DNA of 63,994 nt, filler included, from Asterionella formosa (taxonomy: Eukaryota): NCBI GenBank assembly GCA_002256025.1. It is 22 parts of 22 records of this genome, joined end to end, with 100 filler letters (N's around TTAATTAATTAA, not from the genome) between each part and the next. Parts side by side here need not be neighbours in the genome. Positions count along the whole stretch, not along the records: positions 48,324 to 49,980 come from NKIB01001605.1; positions 50,081 to 51,736 come from NKIB01001606.1; positions 51,837 to 53,492 come from NKIB01001607.1; positions 53,593 to 55,248 come from NKIB01001608.1; positions 55,349 to 57,003 come from NKIB01001610.1; positions 57,104 to 58,758 come from NKIB01001611.1; positions 58,859 to 60,512 come from NKIB01001612.1; positions 60,613 to 62,265 come from NKIB01001613.1; 14 more parts are not named here. One strand, written 5' to 3'. The first letter of the stretch is position 1, and every line of letters starts with the position of its first letter. A program made the position numbers and the translations under genes. Of the stretch, positions 49,932 to 62,389 are shown piece after piece. Below the pieces are notes generated by a model. That model was given only the letters and a program-made list of their open reading frames with translations. It was not told the DNA's origin and did not search any database.

Positions 49932-50353
49932 CTGTAATTTCGTTCACATAATTGTAGAATAAAGTTCACTTAATATGTTANNNNNNNNNNNNNNNNNNNN
50001 NNNNNNNNNNNNNNNNNNNNNNNNTTAATTAATTAANNNNNNNNNNNNNNNNNNNNNNNNNNNNNNNNNNNNNNNNNNNNAGGGTAAGAGGAGGAGGAGA
50101 GGATTCCACATAGTCATGAAAGGATTTCGTGCTTGAATTTCGAAAAATGTGAACTTTGTGGTGATAACGTTGGAGCGAACTGCAAAATGTGTAACCAATG
50201 CGAACTAGCTACCAGGTAACATGTCAAATTGATAGTTCGCGTTTGTTCATCGCCATACCGGTACATTATCATTCCAGTTTTTTTTATTAAGGTACTTGGT
50301 ACCAGGTACCTACTACCTGGTACCTGGCTGGTTCCAGGGTACCTGGTACCTGT

Positions 50354-51736
50354 TACTCCCTCTGTCTAGTAACAGTTGCATCGATAATTCAAATTTATCC
50401 GGGACCATTTTGACTCCTACGACTTTCTCCGGCTCAATAGCGCTACATGTGGTGCAGCTTGCTCTAAGCTACGGATCCATGTATATAAAATATATAGAAA
50501 GATTAAGATTGGCAACTACATTTGAAAAAACGTTTTTCGGATTTTTCGACTTCCACTTTTGCTAATCTCGAGCAAAATGCAGATGCCTGACCCCCTATTT
50601 TGCCACCACCTCTTCTCAACAAGCACACGAGAAAGGATCTAACACCAGAAGAGCGTCAACTCGTGTTGGATTATGGTTTACGGAACCTCCCAAAAGGACC
50701 TGATGGAGGGGATGAAATAGATGGTCGGCTCATTTTAGTGCGTGGAACCATTAAATTTTTGGTGGGCCAGTTCAAAGTTGATAAAACAACTATACAAAGT
50801 ATTTGGAACCGCGTGCTCCAATTCTACTATTATAATGATGATACTTACATATTTGCATTGCTTTCCCGCAAATTATTGACTGGGTATACTCGCAAATACC
50901 CATGTGAAGAAATAATTGCAGCGATTACAGATATTCCATATCACAAGTGTACTACATATCATAAATTAATAGCTGCTCTTGCCCTTCCCAAGTCAACAGT
51001 TGTTTGGATTGCAAAGGATAACAGAGAGAATGTAATATGACCACACACAAGTGCAGTCAAGCCGATGCTTTTGGAGGAGGGTAAGATAAGTCGTTTTATG
51101 TATTGTGTTAATCATTTACAATTGAACCATCCAGATCAAGAACATGCATCCTTCCCCTGACGTTGATTTTGATCTGGGACTTTTTGGTTATTATGATGGC
51201 TTCTATGACCAGGTCCATATAGATGAAAAGTGGTTCTTTGTTTCAGAAGGAAAGTTGAAAATATATCTGGTGGCTCATGGAGAAGAGGCTCCCACAAGGC
51301 GGATGAAACATAAGGAGCATATCGAAAAGGTCGTGTTCCTTTCTGCTGTGACACTTCCGCGTTTTGACGACGAAAAAGTGTGTACCTTTGATTGTAAAAT
51401 TGGAATTTGGCCATTTGTGCAGCAAGTAGCAGCACAAAGAAAGTCAACAAACGAATATATCTACATCACAACAATGCTTCAACACATTTTGGTTCCGGTT
51501 TTGCTCCCTTTGTAGCAGCTGCAACAGACGAAGAATGGGATATTCGATTGACTAAGCAACCAGCAAATAGTCCGGATTTGAATATCAACAATCTATCTTT
51601 TTTTAGGGTATTACAGTCAGGTCAATGGGACTCTGTGGAAGAAGCCCACAACGACAACGACGGTTTGATAGAGGCAGTGCAGGCAGCATTCGTTTTTTTA
51701 ACCAACCAAATAAAATTGTTCTTTCTTAAGATTACA
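50354..51736 (+). mobile_element. Decayed mariner-like (plant/Stowaway-type) DNA transposon with left TIR
   Basis: TA target at 50354-50355 then CTCCCTCTGT (Stowaway-like TIR). Transposase motifs VHIDEKWFF, KVVFLSAV.LPRFD, KIGIWPFV, HNNA..H and QPANSPDLN, spread over several frames. Confidence 0.88.
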
Positions 51737-52146
51737 NNNNNNNNNNNNNNNNNNNNNNNNNNNNNNNNNNNNNNNNNNNNTTAATTAATTAANNNNNNNN
51801 NNNNNNNNNNNNNNNNNNNNNNNNNNNNNNNNNNNNAATAAAATCCTTTTTCGCAAAGCGAAGATATTTGTTGTCTCCTCAACCAAAGCGTCTTTTTGTC
51901 GAGCAAGCAGGTGGTAACAAAGTGTCAGATTGGATCAGGACAAGAGGAGTGGATTACAGAGAAGTAAGTTGACACCAGAAAGGAATCCAAAACGAGAAGG
52001 ATATTGCTTCAATCATGTACCTCACATTCGTTCTTCGCCGCTGCTTCAAAACCATTTAACGTTTCTTGTCACAAATCCAGACTATTTTCTCAAGCCTCAG
52101 ATCAAGTCGCTCGGAAATTTGACGCCTCAGGTCACATAGCACCGTC

Positions 52147-53492
52147 ATGGTTCGATTGCGGTCGACGATTGCCATCACGCTGGCGTCATTCGCTGTTACG
52201 AATGCCCAATCCGAGAGGGAATGTTTGACTCGCTTCTTTGGAGTAACAGCTGGGCCTTATTGGTTCAACAATTCTAGATGGAACACAGGCTCCCCTGTTT
52301 GTTCCTGGTATGGTGTCGAATGCAGCAATGGAACTACTGTAGCCGATTCAGGTGTCGTATCAATTGATTTGCAAAACAACAATCTTGCAGGTCGAGTAGC
52401 CAAATTGATTTACTTCTTGCCATCTTTGCAAAATTTGACTCTCAATGGCAATCAGTTAACGGATGGAGGCTTCGAGGGTTTTAATGAATCCTCAACAGTT
52501 TCTCGTTTGACTGTTTTGCAGTTTGCCGACAATTCCTTGACACACGTCAAGGGAATCGGAAATGCAAAGGCCCTTACTGAACTACACTTGTCAGAGAATC
52601 GCCTCAAAGGGCCCTTCCCCGAAGAAATTTTCCAACTCACCAATCTTAAAAACCTTTTGTTGACGTCGAATGCACTGACTGGAACGCTCCCGACTTCCAT
52701 CGGCAAACTCACGATGCTGGAGAATTTCTATTCTCTCGGCAACATTTTCACTGGGCAAATCCCTTCCGAGATCGGAATGTTGAGTCATGTTGAGGTATTT
52801 ACTCTGGCAGAGAATGCCTTTCATGGAACAATCCCCATTCAAGTCAATAACATGATTGCTTTGCGCACCTTTTCGATTCATAACAATGAAAACGCTCAAG
52901 GGCTGCTGACTGGGCCGTTGAGAGCCTTTGACGTCAGCCCCTTTTTAGATGAGCTCTATCTAGATGGGAATGATCTTACTGGTACCGTTCCTGATAACTT
53001 TTTGAGGAATTCGAACGACACAGACAAGGTCATATCTATCGGTCTTTCCAACAACAGATTGAATGGGACGCTTCCTTCATCATTGTCGCGTTTCTCTTCT
53101 TTATTTATTGATATCACCGGAAACGAAATTCAAGCTATTTCACCTGACTTGTGCAAAAACATCGCTTGGATGGGTGGTTTGGTTGAATTATTTGGATGCA
53201 ACGCCATCCTCTGCGATCCTGGAACATACAATGACAACGGCCGTCAAACGTCGGATAATATGACTTGCCAGACCTGTGAAACTAGTGTAGCGGGAAGCCC
53301 TTTCTATGGGTCAAAGCAGTGTTCGTTGGTTGACCAAGTCTTGCCTGAATGGGAGATTGTGTCTATGCTCTACGTGGAGTTAAGAGGGGTGGAGTGGGCT
53401 AATAGGACTGGGTGGGACGTTTTGGATAATCTTCTGCAAGTGACCGCACTGGAGGCCCTCGACGGGTCGACATTAAATTATTGCAAATGGTT
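52147..53492 (+). CDS. Secreted/membrane leucine-rich-repeat protein, 3'-truncated
   Basis: Signal peptide, LRR N-cap (W...VCSWYGVEC) and plant-type repeats LxxNxLxGxxP; a second N-cap begins at the contig end. Confidence 0.88.
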
Positions 53493-53592
53493 NNNNNNNN
53501 NNNNNNNNNNNNNNNNNNNNNNNNNNNNNNNNNNNNTTAATTAATTAANNNNNNNNNNNNNNNNNNNNNNNNNNNNNNNNNNNNNNNNNNNN

Positions 53593-54540
53593 GCTGACGT
53601 GGGACTACCACGAACATCGCACCGTTGACCTCACTATGCCTGGTTACATTGTTCGTGCTCTACAACGATTCACGCACTCCACCCCAATACATCCACAACA
53701 TGCCCCCCATGCCTGGACTGCCCCTAGCTATGGCGCTCGCCAGCAATTTGTTGTTTCTGATGTCATTCCTGTCCTTGACCTCCATGATAAAACACGTGTG
53801 CAAGAGATTCTTGGTACTTTATTGTATTATGCCCGTGCTATTGACTGTACTATGTTGCTGGCCCTTGGTACATTGGCTACACAACCCCCACTGTGGCTAC
53901 CTTGACTGCCATTACTCACCTTCTCAATTATTGTGCCACTCATCCTGAGGCCACACTTCGCTTTACTGCCAGTGACATGGCCCTCCATGTTGAAAGCGAT
54001 GCCTCCTATCTCTCTGAAGCGCATGGTTGCTCCCGCGCTGCCGGCATTCACTTTCTCAGCTGTAAACCCTTGTCTCCGCCTAGCCTCACTATGTCCATCC
54101 CTCCTCTTAACGGTGCTATTTATGTACACTGTCAAATTCTTAAGGAAGTTTTATCAAGTGCTGCTGAGGCCGAATTAGCTGCTATGTTCCACAATGGCAA
54201 AGAGACATATGCTATTCGCAACATTCTTGTTGAGCTTGGTCATCCCCAACCTTCTACCTGTATTGTCACCGAGAATACCACTGCCAGTGGCATCGCCAAT
54301 GATACTGTCCGCCAAAAACGCTCCAAAGCTATGGATATGCGTTATTACTGGGTACGCGATTGGGTTCGCCAAGGCCAATTTCTTGTATACTGGAAAAGAG
54401 GTAGTTTGAATCGTGCTGATTATTTCACTAAACATCATCCCGCTACCCATCATATGTTGATGCGCCCGCACTATCTCCATTGCCCTCCATCCCTCCCTAG
54501 TCCTCCTAAACTATTATGCGTGCTTGGCTTCCGATGCTGA
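53593..54540 (+). pseudogene. Copia RT C-terminus and RNase H, same family as the 42114 element
   Basis: MPGYI, GTLLYYARAID, ESDASYLSE, SSAAEAE, KRSKAMDMRYYW, ADYFTKHH; frameshift near 53885-53895. Confidence 0.9.
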
Positions 54541-54593
54541 TATCATCTCCACCCCAGCTCCTGTTCTTCTGCCTGAATCTGTTGCTGAGGGTG

Positions 54594-54760
54594 TGTTAAT
54601 ATGTGCATATGATGCTCCATACATGCGCCATACGAACCATACCGGCGCAGCCACCAGATTAGGTACATGCGTGAGTGCTAACAACGATGTACTTGGAACA
54701 GCAATAGAATAGTCATAATATTGTAGTTCACCTTTATTCACGACAAGGTTCCCCTCAACA
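54594..54760 (+). repeat. 3' LTR (167 nt) preceded by a short purine-rich tract
   Basis: gctgagggtg then TGTT...AACA; homologous to 42114-42281. Confidence 0.93.
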
Positions 54761-54869
54761 CCTGGTACCTATAAATATGTACCCATGGCTGTGCACAAAA
54801 CTGATCCCAGGTACCGTACATCTATTGTACCTGGTACCAGGTACCAGGAATGGTACCGAATAAATATGC

Positions 54870-55235
54870 GTGGTCGGCAAAACAACTTACATGGTGCAAA
54901 AGGAAAGAAAGATGAATGTTGAAACAAGATCTTAAATATATATACCTACACCATTCTAGCGCATTTGCTGTCTAAGCTCGCACGCTGTAATATCGCTAAA
55001 ACAATCTAACGGCTAGTTAGTATGAACGAATATTGCAGTGCAGTATGGACGCGTGGGTGAGCGTACCATATCATACGGTACAGGGTACTAACTAGCCGTT
55101 AGAGTGCTTTAGCGATAGTACAGCGTGCAAGCTTGGAGCAGAGAATGCGGCGTAGGTATATATTATCTTTAAGTCTATCTTTTCAACCTTTATCTTTCTT
55201 TCCTTGTGCACCATGTAAGTTGTTCTGCCGACCAC
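54870..55235. repeat. 366-nt foldback (long inverted repeat), MITE-like
   Basis: gtggtcggca-aacaacttacatggtgca...tctaacggctagttagta is mirrored by tactaactagccgttaga...tgcaccatgtaagttgtt-tgccgaccac; arms about 150 nt. Confidence 0.9.
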
Positions 55236-56172
55236 ACTACCGTATATANNNNNNNNNNNNNNNNNNNNNNNNNNNNNNNNNNNNNNNNNNNNTTAATTAA
55301 TTAANNNNNNNNNNNNNNNNNNNNNNNNNNNNNNNNNNNNNNNNNNNNTAAACTTGTTCAATTGTCATTGCATACTCTATTTTAATTCATGAGAAAAGTG
55401 TTTGGGACTTTTGCCCCCTAGATTCTACTGTTTCCATTTACCTTGAGCAAGCAAATGATACAAGAAACAGATGATGTGACTGCTCCTAGCATTGTTGGGT
55501 CCATGTCTACAGTTATAGTTTAATATGTTACAAGGACTAAGTGAAGGAACACGAGGAAAAGATAGTTGATTGAATGAAGAAAAAAGTGAACTGTGCTTTA
55601 TTTAAAAAAACCTGGATGACAACCATTGTATTTGGACTCAACCACGAACACCATCGGTTGTATAGTTATATTTGATCTCTGCTCTTGAACAATATCAAGA
55701 AGACCTTTTGAAATATATTTGTACCAGTTGACTACTGGAAGAGTTGTGTCCCTGGATCATCATATCCGAAGAAAGTCATCCTGTCGCTTTGTCCCAAAGA
55801 TTCGCCATTCGCATATAACTCTACCGGTGCCGGTATTCAGTGTATTGTACGGTATTGTTACAAAAGGCAAATGACCAATACCATGGACCCCTGTTCAGTT
55901 TTGTTTACAGTCAGTAACTATACCAGGTACTACCGTTCGTTTCTTAACGTCCTCTCATCAACCATCGGTATGACCAATCGAATAGCCCCAAATAAATTAA
56001 TGAACAAATATGCATATATGCCTTTGATATTATACCCATAGCAATATACGGTATATGTACTCATAACTGTGGACTTTCACATGATAACAACACCGGTACA
56101 ATATACACATCACTCGTGGTCTGGAACCAGCCATGATGCCTCCCAACGGCCCATTTCTACTGGATTTGTATT

Positions 56173-56655
56173 AACAACACACTTCCTAGTACCAGTACTT
56201 CTATCGCACCAAACGACTTTTGAGAACTATTTTACGTAGACAATAGTCTAAAAAGGTCATTTCTAAGCAATAAATGTATATATTTCAAGATCAAAAACCT
56301 TGCATGCAGTCCAGCACTGTCCATAAATTCAATACATAGGAGTACCGGTGGGTCATAACTTGTCCACTGACACTCTGCTGCTGTTCCTGTTTGTAGACAA
56401 GCCTCAACAACACACTTCCTAGTAGTACCAGTACTGGTACCACGACTTTTGAAATCTATTATGCATAGACACTAAGCTAAAAAGGTCATTTCTATGCAAT
56501 AAATGTTTATATTTCAAGATCAAAAACCTTGCATGCAGTGCAGCACTGTCCATAAATTCAGTACATAGGAGTACCGGTCGGTCATAACTTGTACGCTGAC
56601 ACTCTGCTGCTGCTGCTGCTGTTGCTGCTCCTGTTTCTGTTTGTAGAGAAGCCTC
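56173..56655 (+). repeat. Diverged tandem duplication of about 235 nt
   Basis: aacaacacacttcctagta...aaaaaggtcatttcta...caagatcaaaaaccttgcatgcagt...ggagtaccggt occurs twice in succession. Confidence 0.9.
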
Positions 56656-56768
56656 TGTCAAGTCAATCATTACTACTTCCTGAATTAGTTGATACGCAGC
56701 GAGACACAACGACATTCAATCGTCGCGCAGGGGGTTTTCAAAGACAAGCTCGAAACGTTGGTTCCATC

Positions 56769-57003
56769 ATGAAGAAGATTTACTGCTTGGCTACCCTCTT
56801 TCTCGGTCTCGCTTCCATTGGACCTGCCGATGCCAGTCCAACGCAAGACGACAACAGTGGTCGCGAACGCCAGCACGTGACTCGACCCAATCGCGTGGAT
56901 GCCATTGACGAGCCAGAAAACATTGTAGAACTTGATACGCGCAAACGTAAACGTCGGTCTCGGTTGAGTTTGGCAGACCTCCAGTTGGATGCCGACCAAA
57001 ACG
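56769..57003 (+). CDS. Secreted hypothetical protein, 3'-truncated
   Basis: MKKIYCLATLFLGLASIGPADA signal-peptide pattern; frame open to the contig end. Confidence 0.5.
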
Positions 57004-57678
57004 NNNNNNNNNNNNNNNNNNNNNNNNNNNNNNNNNNNNNNNNNNNNTTAATTAATTAANNNNNNNNNNNNNNNNNNNNNNNNNNNNNNNNNNNNNNNNN
57101 NNNTATGCTGTCCGCAATCTATGTATGAGAGAACATTGAAAATTAACTTCGTCCAGTATACTACGACCGGTATAATACGACCGGTATACTCCTACCGGTA
57201 CGAGTATGACATACCGGTACTCGGACCTGTCCATATTTTTGTGAATGGTTCACATACATTGTTGATTAATTAATATGTGTTTTGTATACACACATGCGGA
57301 CAAATATTCGCAAAAGTCGGACTTTCCCGGAACTCCCAGGGTGTACAATCATACCCGCCACGCAGTAGGATGCTGGATCGCAAGACGAAGTTGTATTCCA
57401 TATGACTATAAATATATATGTATACAAGATCCTGTATGTAGAAAACAAGGTTGACAAAAGTACCATGACAGCAAAAGAAAGCATGTGCCGATATAGTAGA
57501 GTAACTGGTACATGGTACTGGAACCTGTTTCATGATGGTACATTCACAACATTGCTGACCCTTCTTTATATATTGACAGAAGGTTCTCCTCTCCTTTCCT
57601 CTCCTTTCCTCTCCTTTCCTCTCACTTCCATTGTCTTGTACTCACAACCAGGTACCCACCACCAAAAGGTAGAAAACA

Positions 57679-58758
57679 ATGAAGGTTTGGTTCCAGTTGT
57701 TTCTTGGAAACGCAGGACTATTGCCAGTTTATGTCACGTTGAATCAGAATGATGTCATTGCTGACTTGATGGAAGCTGTGAAGATTAAATGTGGTGACGA
57801 TCTTCAAGGTGTTTCCTCAGCGCGGCTCCGTGTGTGCCCACCTGGAACTCAAGTGCCGGTTCCTGAGGGAGCTGATGATCCAACCATGGATCCTGGAGGT
57901 CTGGTTGTTCATCTGAATTGGGGAACTAGCAGCAAGAATGCGTTCGTGATCGTGATCCTGATCGTGGTCATCCAACCTGATATTGGTACGTGTTTTGATC
58001 TCATGGAATACCTTCTATTGTATTGTAGGTCACAGCTCCTAATACTCACGTATCATTTCGTATCATTTATCCCATACAAATACTCGCTACTGTTGAAAAG
58101 ACCAAGGAACGACGAAACGCCAGAAACAAAATGATGAGCAGGAGGAAGCCTCGACCTTAATATTGCTTATAAAGGAGAAGCTCAACGTTCATTTCAAGCG
58201 CTTGAAGGTGGATCAGGAAAAGCGAATCGTTCCACAGACAATGCATATCTACAAGATTGATCGAAACGAGCTTCCTTTTGAACCTACTTTATCTGATTCT
58301 GACGATTCTTTACCTCCTTCTGATCCCATTGTTCCCGTCTTTTCCCCCGAAGATAGTTACTGGATGAAAGGGCTCCGAAAAGTGCGGTTTAATGATTGCA
58401 AGAGACGGGGAATCTTATATCGGCCTGAAATTGTGAAGGATATGATGAAAGCGGTTGAAGATGCCTTCAATATAGGTGGTCCGGCTGGAATCATGATTAA
58501 GGGACCGCAGGGAATTGGCAAGTCGCACTCACTTGTTAACTTGATTCGTACGCTGCAATATGACAGTAGCTGCAAGTACCTCGTAACTGTCATTCCAGAC
58601 TGTCAACATTGGAACGACATTGACCATTTGTACACTGCGATCTGCAGTTCATTTGGTACTTCATTATCGGCTCTCTCATGGTCGAGCAGCCCAGGTTCGG
58701 TTTCGCAAGAGGAACACCTCAAAACCTTTGTCAATGCGATTGACTTGATTCTTCGACG
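57679..58758 (+). pseudogene. Crinkler-like gene: ubiquitin-like header plus P-loop NTPase, disrupted and truncated
   Basis: MKVWFQL...VIADLMEAVKIK...VSSARLRVCPPG, probable intron donor gtacgt at about 57986, then IMIKGPQGIGKSHSL (Walker A); tandem TGA TGA at 58132-58137. Confidence 0.55.
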
Positions 58759-58892
58759 NNNNNNNNNNNNNNNNNNNNNNNNNNNNNNNNNNNNNNNNNN
58801 NNTTAATTAATTAANNNNNNNNNNNNNNNNNNNNNNNNNNNNNNNNNNNNNNNNNNNNTGATGATGATGATGATGATGATGATGATGACATT

Positions 58893-60047
58893 ATGATTAC
58901 ATTGCTACTGTTAGCAATGTGCTATCCACCAGTAAATAGGACGCCATCGTTCAGGGAAAGTTTCACTATTGATGAGGTCAGAAGAAGAAGTGGCAAAATC
59001 CGTCGCCACGCACTACAGCATCCATTATCGAGTCCATTCTGGACTTTGTTCAACAGCAAGCATGATGATGCTCTGATTACCTTGTGTAGGTTTGACCATG
59101 CTTCTTTCGAGCTCCTACACCAGCTGTTCAAACCTTGTTTTTATTCCTTTACTCCCTATAGGAAAAATACGGATTTCATTGTTAGAAATACAACAACAAA
59201 GAAAGGTCGGCAAAGATACCTCTAATCCATCAGTTGTCTAGCGCTTAGGTTAGCATGGACCAGGACTCGTGGTTCCTATATGATTCTTCAGATTATTTTC
59301 GGATTAACTCATGGTTCTTTGAGTGTTTGGTTGAGGTTTTCAAGGTGAATGATTGTAAAAGTACTGCTGACACATGAAGATGCCGTTGTGAGACTGCCTA
59401 CTGCAGACGAAGCCACCTTGTTTGCAACCATGATCAATCAGAAATACCCACTTATAACAAATTGTTGGGGAGCAATGGATGGTCTGAAACTGACCCTGCA
59501 ACGGGCTGGAAATGAAACACAGCAGAACAACTTCTACAATGGATGGACCCATGAACACTATGTGACAAACTTGTTTCTTTTTTCGCCTGATGGAAAAATT
59601 CGCTGCTCATATTTCAATGCACCTGGTGTTCTACATGACTCCACCATGGCAATTTGGTCATCGATCTATGATCAGATTGAAACACTTTACAGGGATACAG
59701 GCAAAAAAGTAGTTGTGGATTCAGCATTTGCATCGAAAAAATCAAATGCAATGTTGAAATCGCATCAAAACAATGTTGATGCAAATGGTAATCCTCGACA
59801 AAGATTTGGTATGAATCGCCAAGCCACGTCCATCCGACAGCTGTTGGAATAGGGAATGCGATGCCTTCAGGGATCATTTCCGAGAATCAAAGACAAATTT
59901 CGTTATGAAGAAAAAGGTGAGAGAAAATTTATTCTCCAAATGATTGTATTGCTCTACAACTTTCGTGCTAGCAAAGTTGGTCAGAACCAAATTGCTTCAG
60001 TGTATATGCCCTCTTTGCATAGGAATGCAAATAGATATGCCATGTAA
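58893..60047 (+). pseudogene. PIF/Harbinger (HARBI1-like DDE) transposase relic
   Basis: CWGAMDGLK, FYNGW, PGVLHDS, VVVDSAF, RQLLE*GM...FPRIK, LLYNFR; several stops. Confidence 0.88.
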
Positions 60048-60612
60048 TTCAAAGAAATTATTCCTTCATGATTATTTAGCACCACTTCTTTCACATTATA
60101 TTAGAATGAATTAATTTAAGGTTGTTATTTGTCATCACTACTACTGCTACCACTGTTATTTTTGGTGTTTGAAATTGAGTTGAGGCAGACAAAGTTTGTT
60201 GTGTATTGGCACCTGCTGTTAAGGTTAGATTTTGGCTTTGCATTGTTTGCTGCATTGAAATCATGTTTGAAGCAATAATTGAATTCATAATTGCCTGAGT
60301 GCATCTAAGCCGCGAAATACGCCACTTTTCGAAATTTCGTCTACGTATGAGTGTTAATTATGTGGTACTTCACATGCATTAATGCCACTCTTCACGTAAA
60401 AAAGATTACTTTTAACGGTTTCATGTGAAGTTTTAACTGTTTCATGTGAAGTTTTCACAATGAATTTTGAACGCGAGACTGAATTAGTTGATGTTTCAAA
60501 TAATTCATTTGANNNNNNNNNNNNNNNNNNNNNNNNNNNNNNNNNNNNNNNNNNNNTTAATTAATTAANNNNNNNNNNNNNNNNNNNNNNNNNNNNNNNN
60601 NNNNNNNNNNNN

Positions 60613-62265
60613 GATCAGTGTAAAGTCGAAAGGTCACCCCTGGACCAGTTCGTCCCGCGCGACCACTTCGCTGGTTTGCATTTGCTTTGCTGACGGGCGT
60701 AACAAGCAATGCATCCATTCCAATCTTTGGGTTATATACTTTCACCTTGTAGAACCCGCAGTCGATAACATACTTGATTCCATCCACAGTTAAACTTGTT
60801 TCGGCCACGTTCGTGGAAACAATGCACTTTCGTACTCCCTTTGGGGCTGCCTCGAAAATCTTCGCCTGAAGGTCAGCTGGAAGTTGGGAGTACATGGGAA
60901 GGACCAATAGCGGCGGTGTATCTGTTCCTAGCTGCTCAACCTTTTCTGCAAGTACCTGGCAGGTTCCCTCAATATCTTCCTGGCCCGTCATAAATATTAA
61001 GATATCTCCTTGTGGACTATTAAAGTGAATTTGCAGCGCTTGTTTCACAGCTGCCAAAACATAATCCTCCTGAACGCCTTTGGCATAGAAAATTTCCACT
61101 GGAAAGGTTCTTCCGGGTATACGAAAAACAGGAACTCCCCCAAAAAAGGCACTGAAGGTGTCAGCACTCAATGTTGCTGATGTTACAATCAATTTTAAAT
61201 CGGACCGTCGGGCAACCACTTTTCTCAAAATGCCAAACAATACATCAGTATTTAACGACCTCTCATGGGCCTCATCCATGATAATAGCGCTGTATTTGTA
61301 TAATTCAGGATCACGAAGAGACTGGGACAAGAAATTTAAGCCTTAGTCTTTGAAAGAATCATAGGAGAAACATTTAGTGCACAATGCAAACAGGGTTATT
61401 CAGGGACTTACCTCTCGGAGCAGGACGCCGTCAGTCATGTATTTGATCAATGTGTGATCTGTTGTTTGGTCCTCGAATCGAATGGAATATCCCACGGTTC
61501 CTCCAAGCTCGTCTTTAGCTGTCAGTGCAATTCCCTTCTCGGCGACCGAAGCAGCAACCTCTTCGCTCACACGCTTTGCAACGCTCATAGCAGCAACACG
61601 TCGTGGCTGCGTACATCCAATCATCCCAAAATCACAGTATCCTTGTTCCATGAGATACTGGGTGAGCTGGGTAGTTTTCCTGTGGTAATTATTTGTATGA
61701 TCAAGAGAAAAAGAATGGGTGTTAGGTTAGAATTTAAAAAAATGATTACATGTAACCTTCGCCGTTCAATGACCCTGCGGTCCTCTGGCACAAGAACTTT
61801 TGCTGCTTCGTTTGTACTTACCCACTCCCAGTCTCTCCAACTACAATTACAACTGTGTTCTCGCGGATCACGTTTAAAAGTTCTTCTCTGACGGAGAATA
61901 CAGGAAGATACTCTCGTTGCTGACGAATAGATTTCTTCTTTGCAAACTCAGAAACTGGTCCATCGTCTGGTTTTGTTTTGACGTGAGCAGCAAATCCACT
62001 GCTCTTCTTATAGTCTATTTCGCCATCAGGATTCTCTAGAGATTTTCCTGAAGCGTCCGCCTCTTCCTTCGTCAACTCTTCTTTGACCCCAATGGCCGCT
62101 CCCATTCTAGTTCCCCCTAATTCCCAAAATTTTTGTCTCATTGTGTTCCTATCCTTTGTTTCTCTGAGATGCCGGAGAGTCGCAGATCCATTTCTAGCCA
62201 TCTTTGAAAAATCTGATGATGCGTCTCTTACAGTTGGGACGGCATCCCTGATTTTCGAAAACGAG
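60613..62265 (-). CDS. PRP16: Pre-mRNA splicing DEAH helicase PRP16/DHX38 fragment; exons 62265-61822, 61679-61412, 61321-60613
   Basis: [24 protein letters not shown] restored across intron 61821-61680, TQPRRVAA, intron 61411-61322, [20 protein letters not shown]. Confidence 0.93.
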
Positions 62266-62389
62266 NNNNNNNNNNNNNNNNNNNNNNNNNNNNNNNNNNN
62301 NNNNNNNNNTTAATTAATTAANNNNNNNNNNNNNNNNNNNNNNNNNNNNNNNNNNNNNNNNNNNNGACACATCAAAACAAACCGAATGT

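Larger units (their letters stand above)
27121..62365. other. 21 artificial 100-nt linkers (N44 TTAATTAATTAA N44) separating unrelated contigs
   Basis: Linkers start at 27121, 28879, 30638, 32397, 34156, 35915, 37674, 39433, 41192, 42950, 44708, 46466, 48224, 49981, 51737, 53493, 55249, 57004, 58759, 60513 and 62266. Contigs are 1653-1659 nt, nearly in decreasing length order. Confidence 0.99.

Noticed and set aside
43050..53492. Functional cluster of APS kinase, LRR and neighbouring genes
   Set aside because: Adjacency across linkers is artificial.
42114..54760. One full-length LTR element spanning both LTRs
   Set aside because: The LTRs are on separate contigs and the flanks differ (aatat versus cctgg), so they belong to different insertions.
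27121..62365. Regularly spaced TTAATTAATTAA units resembling an array
   Set aside because: They are artificial linkers flanked by N runs; the regular spacing reflects length-sorted contigs.
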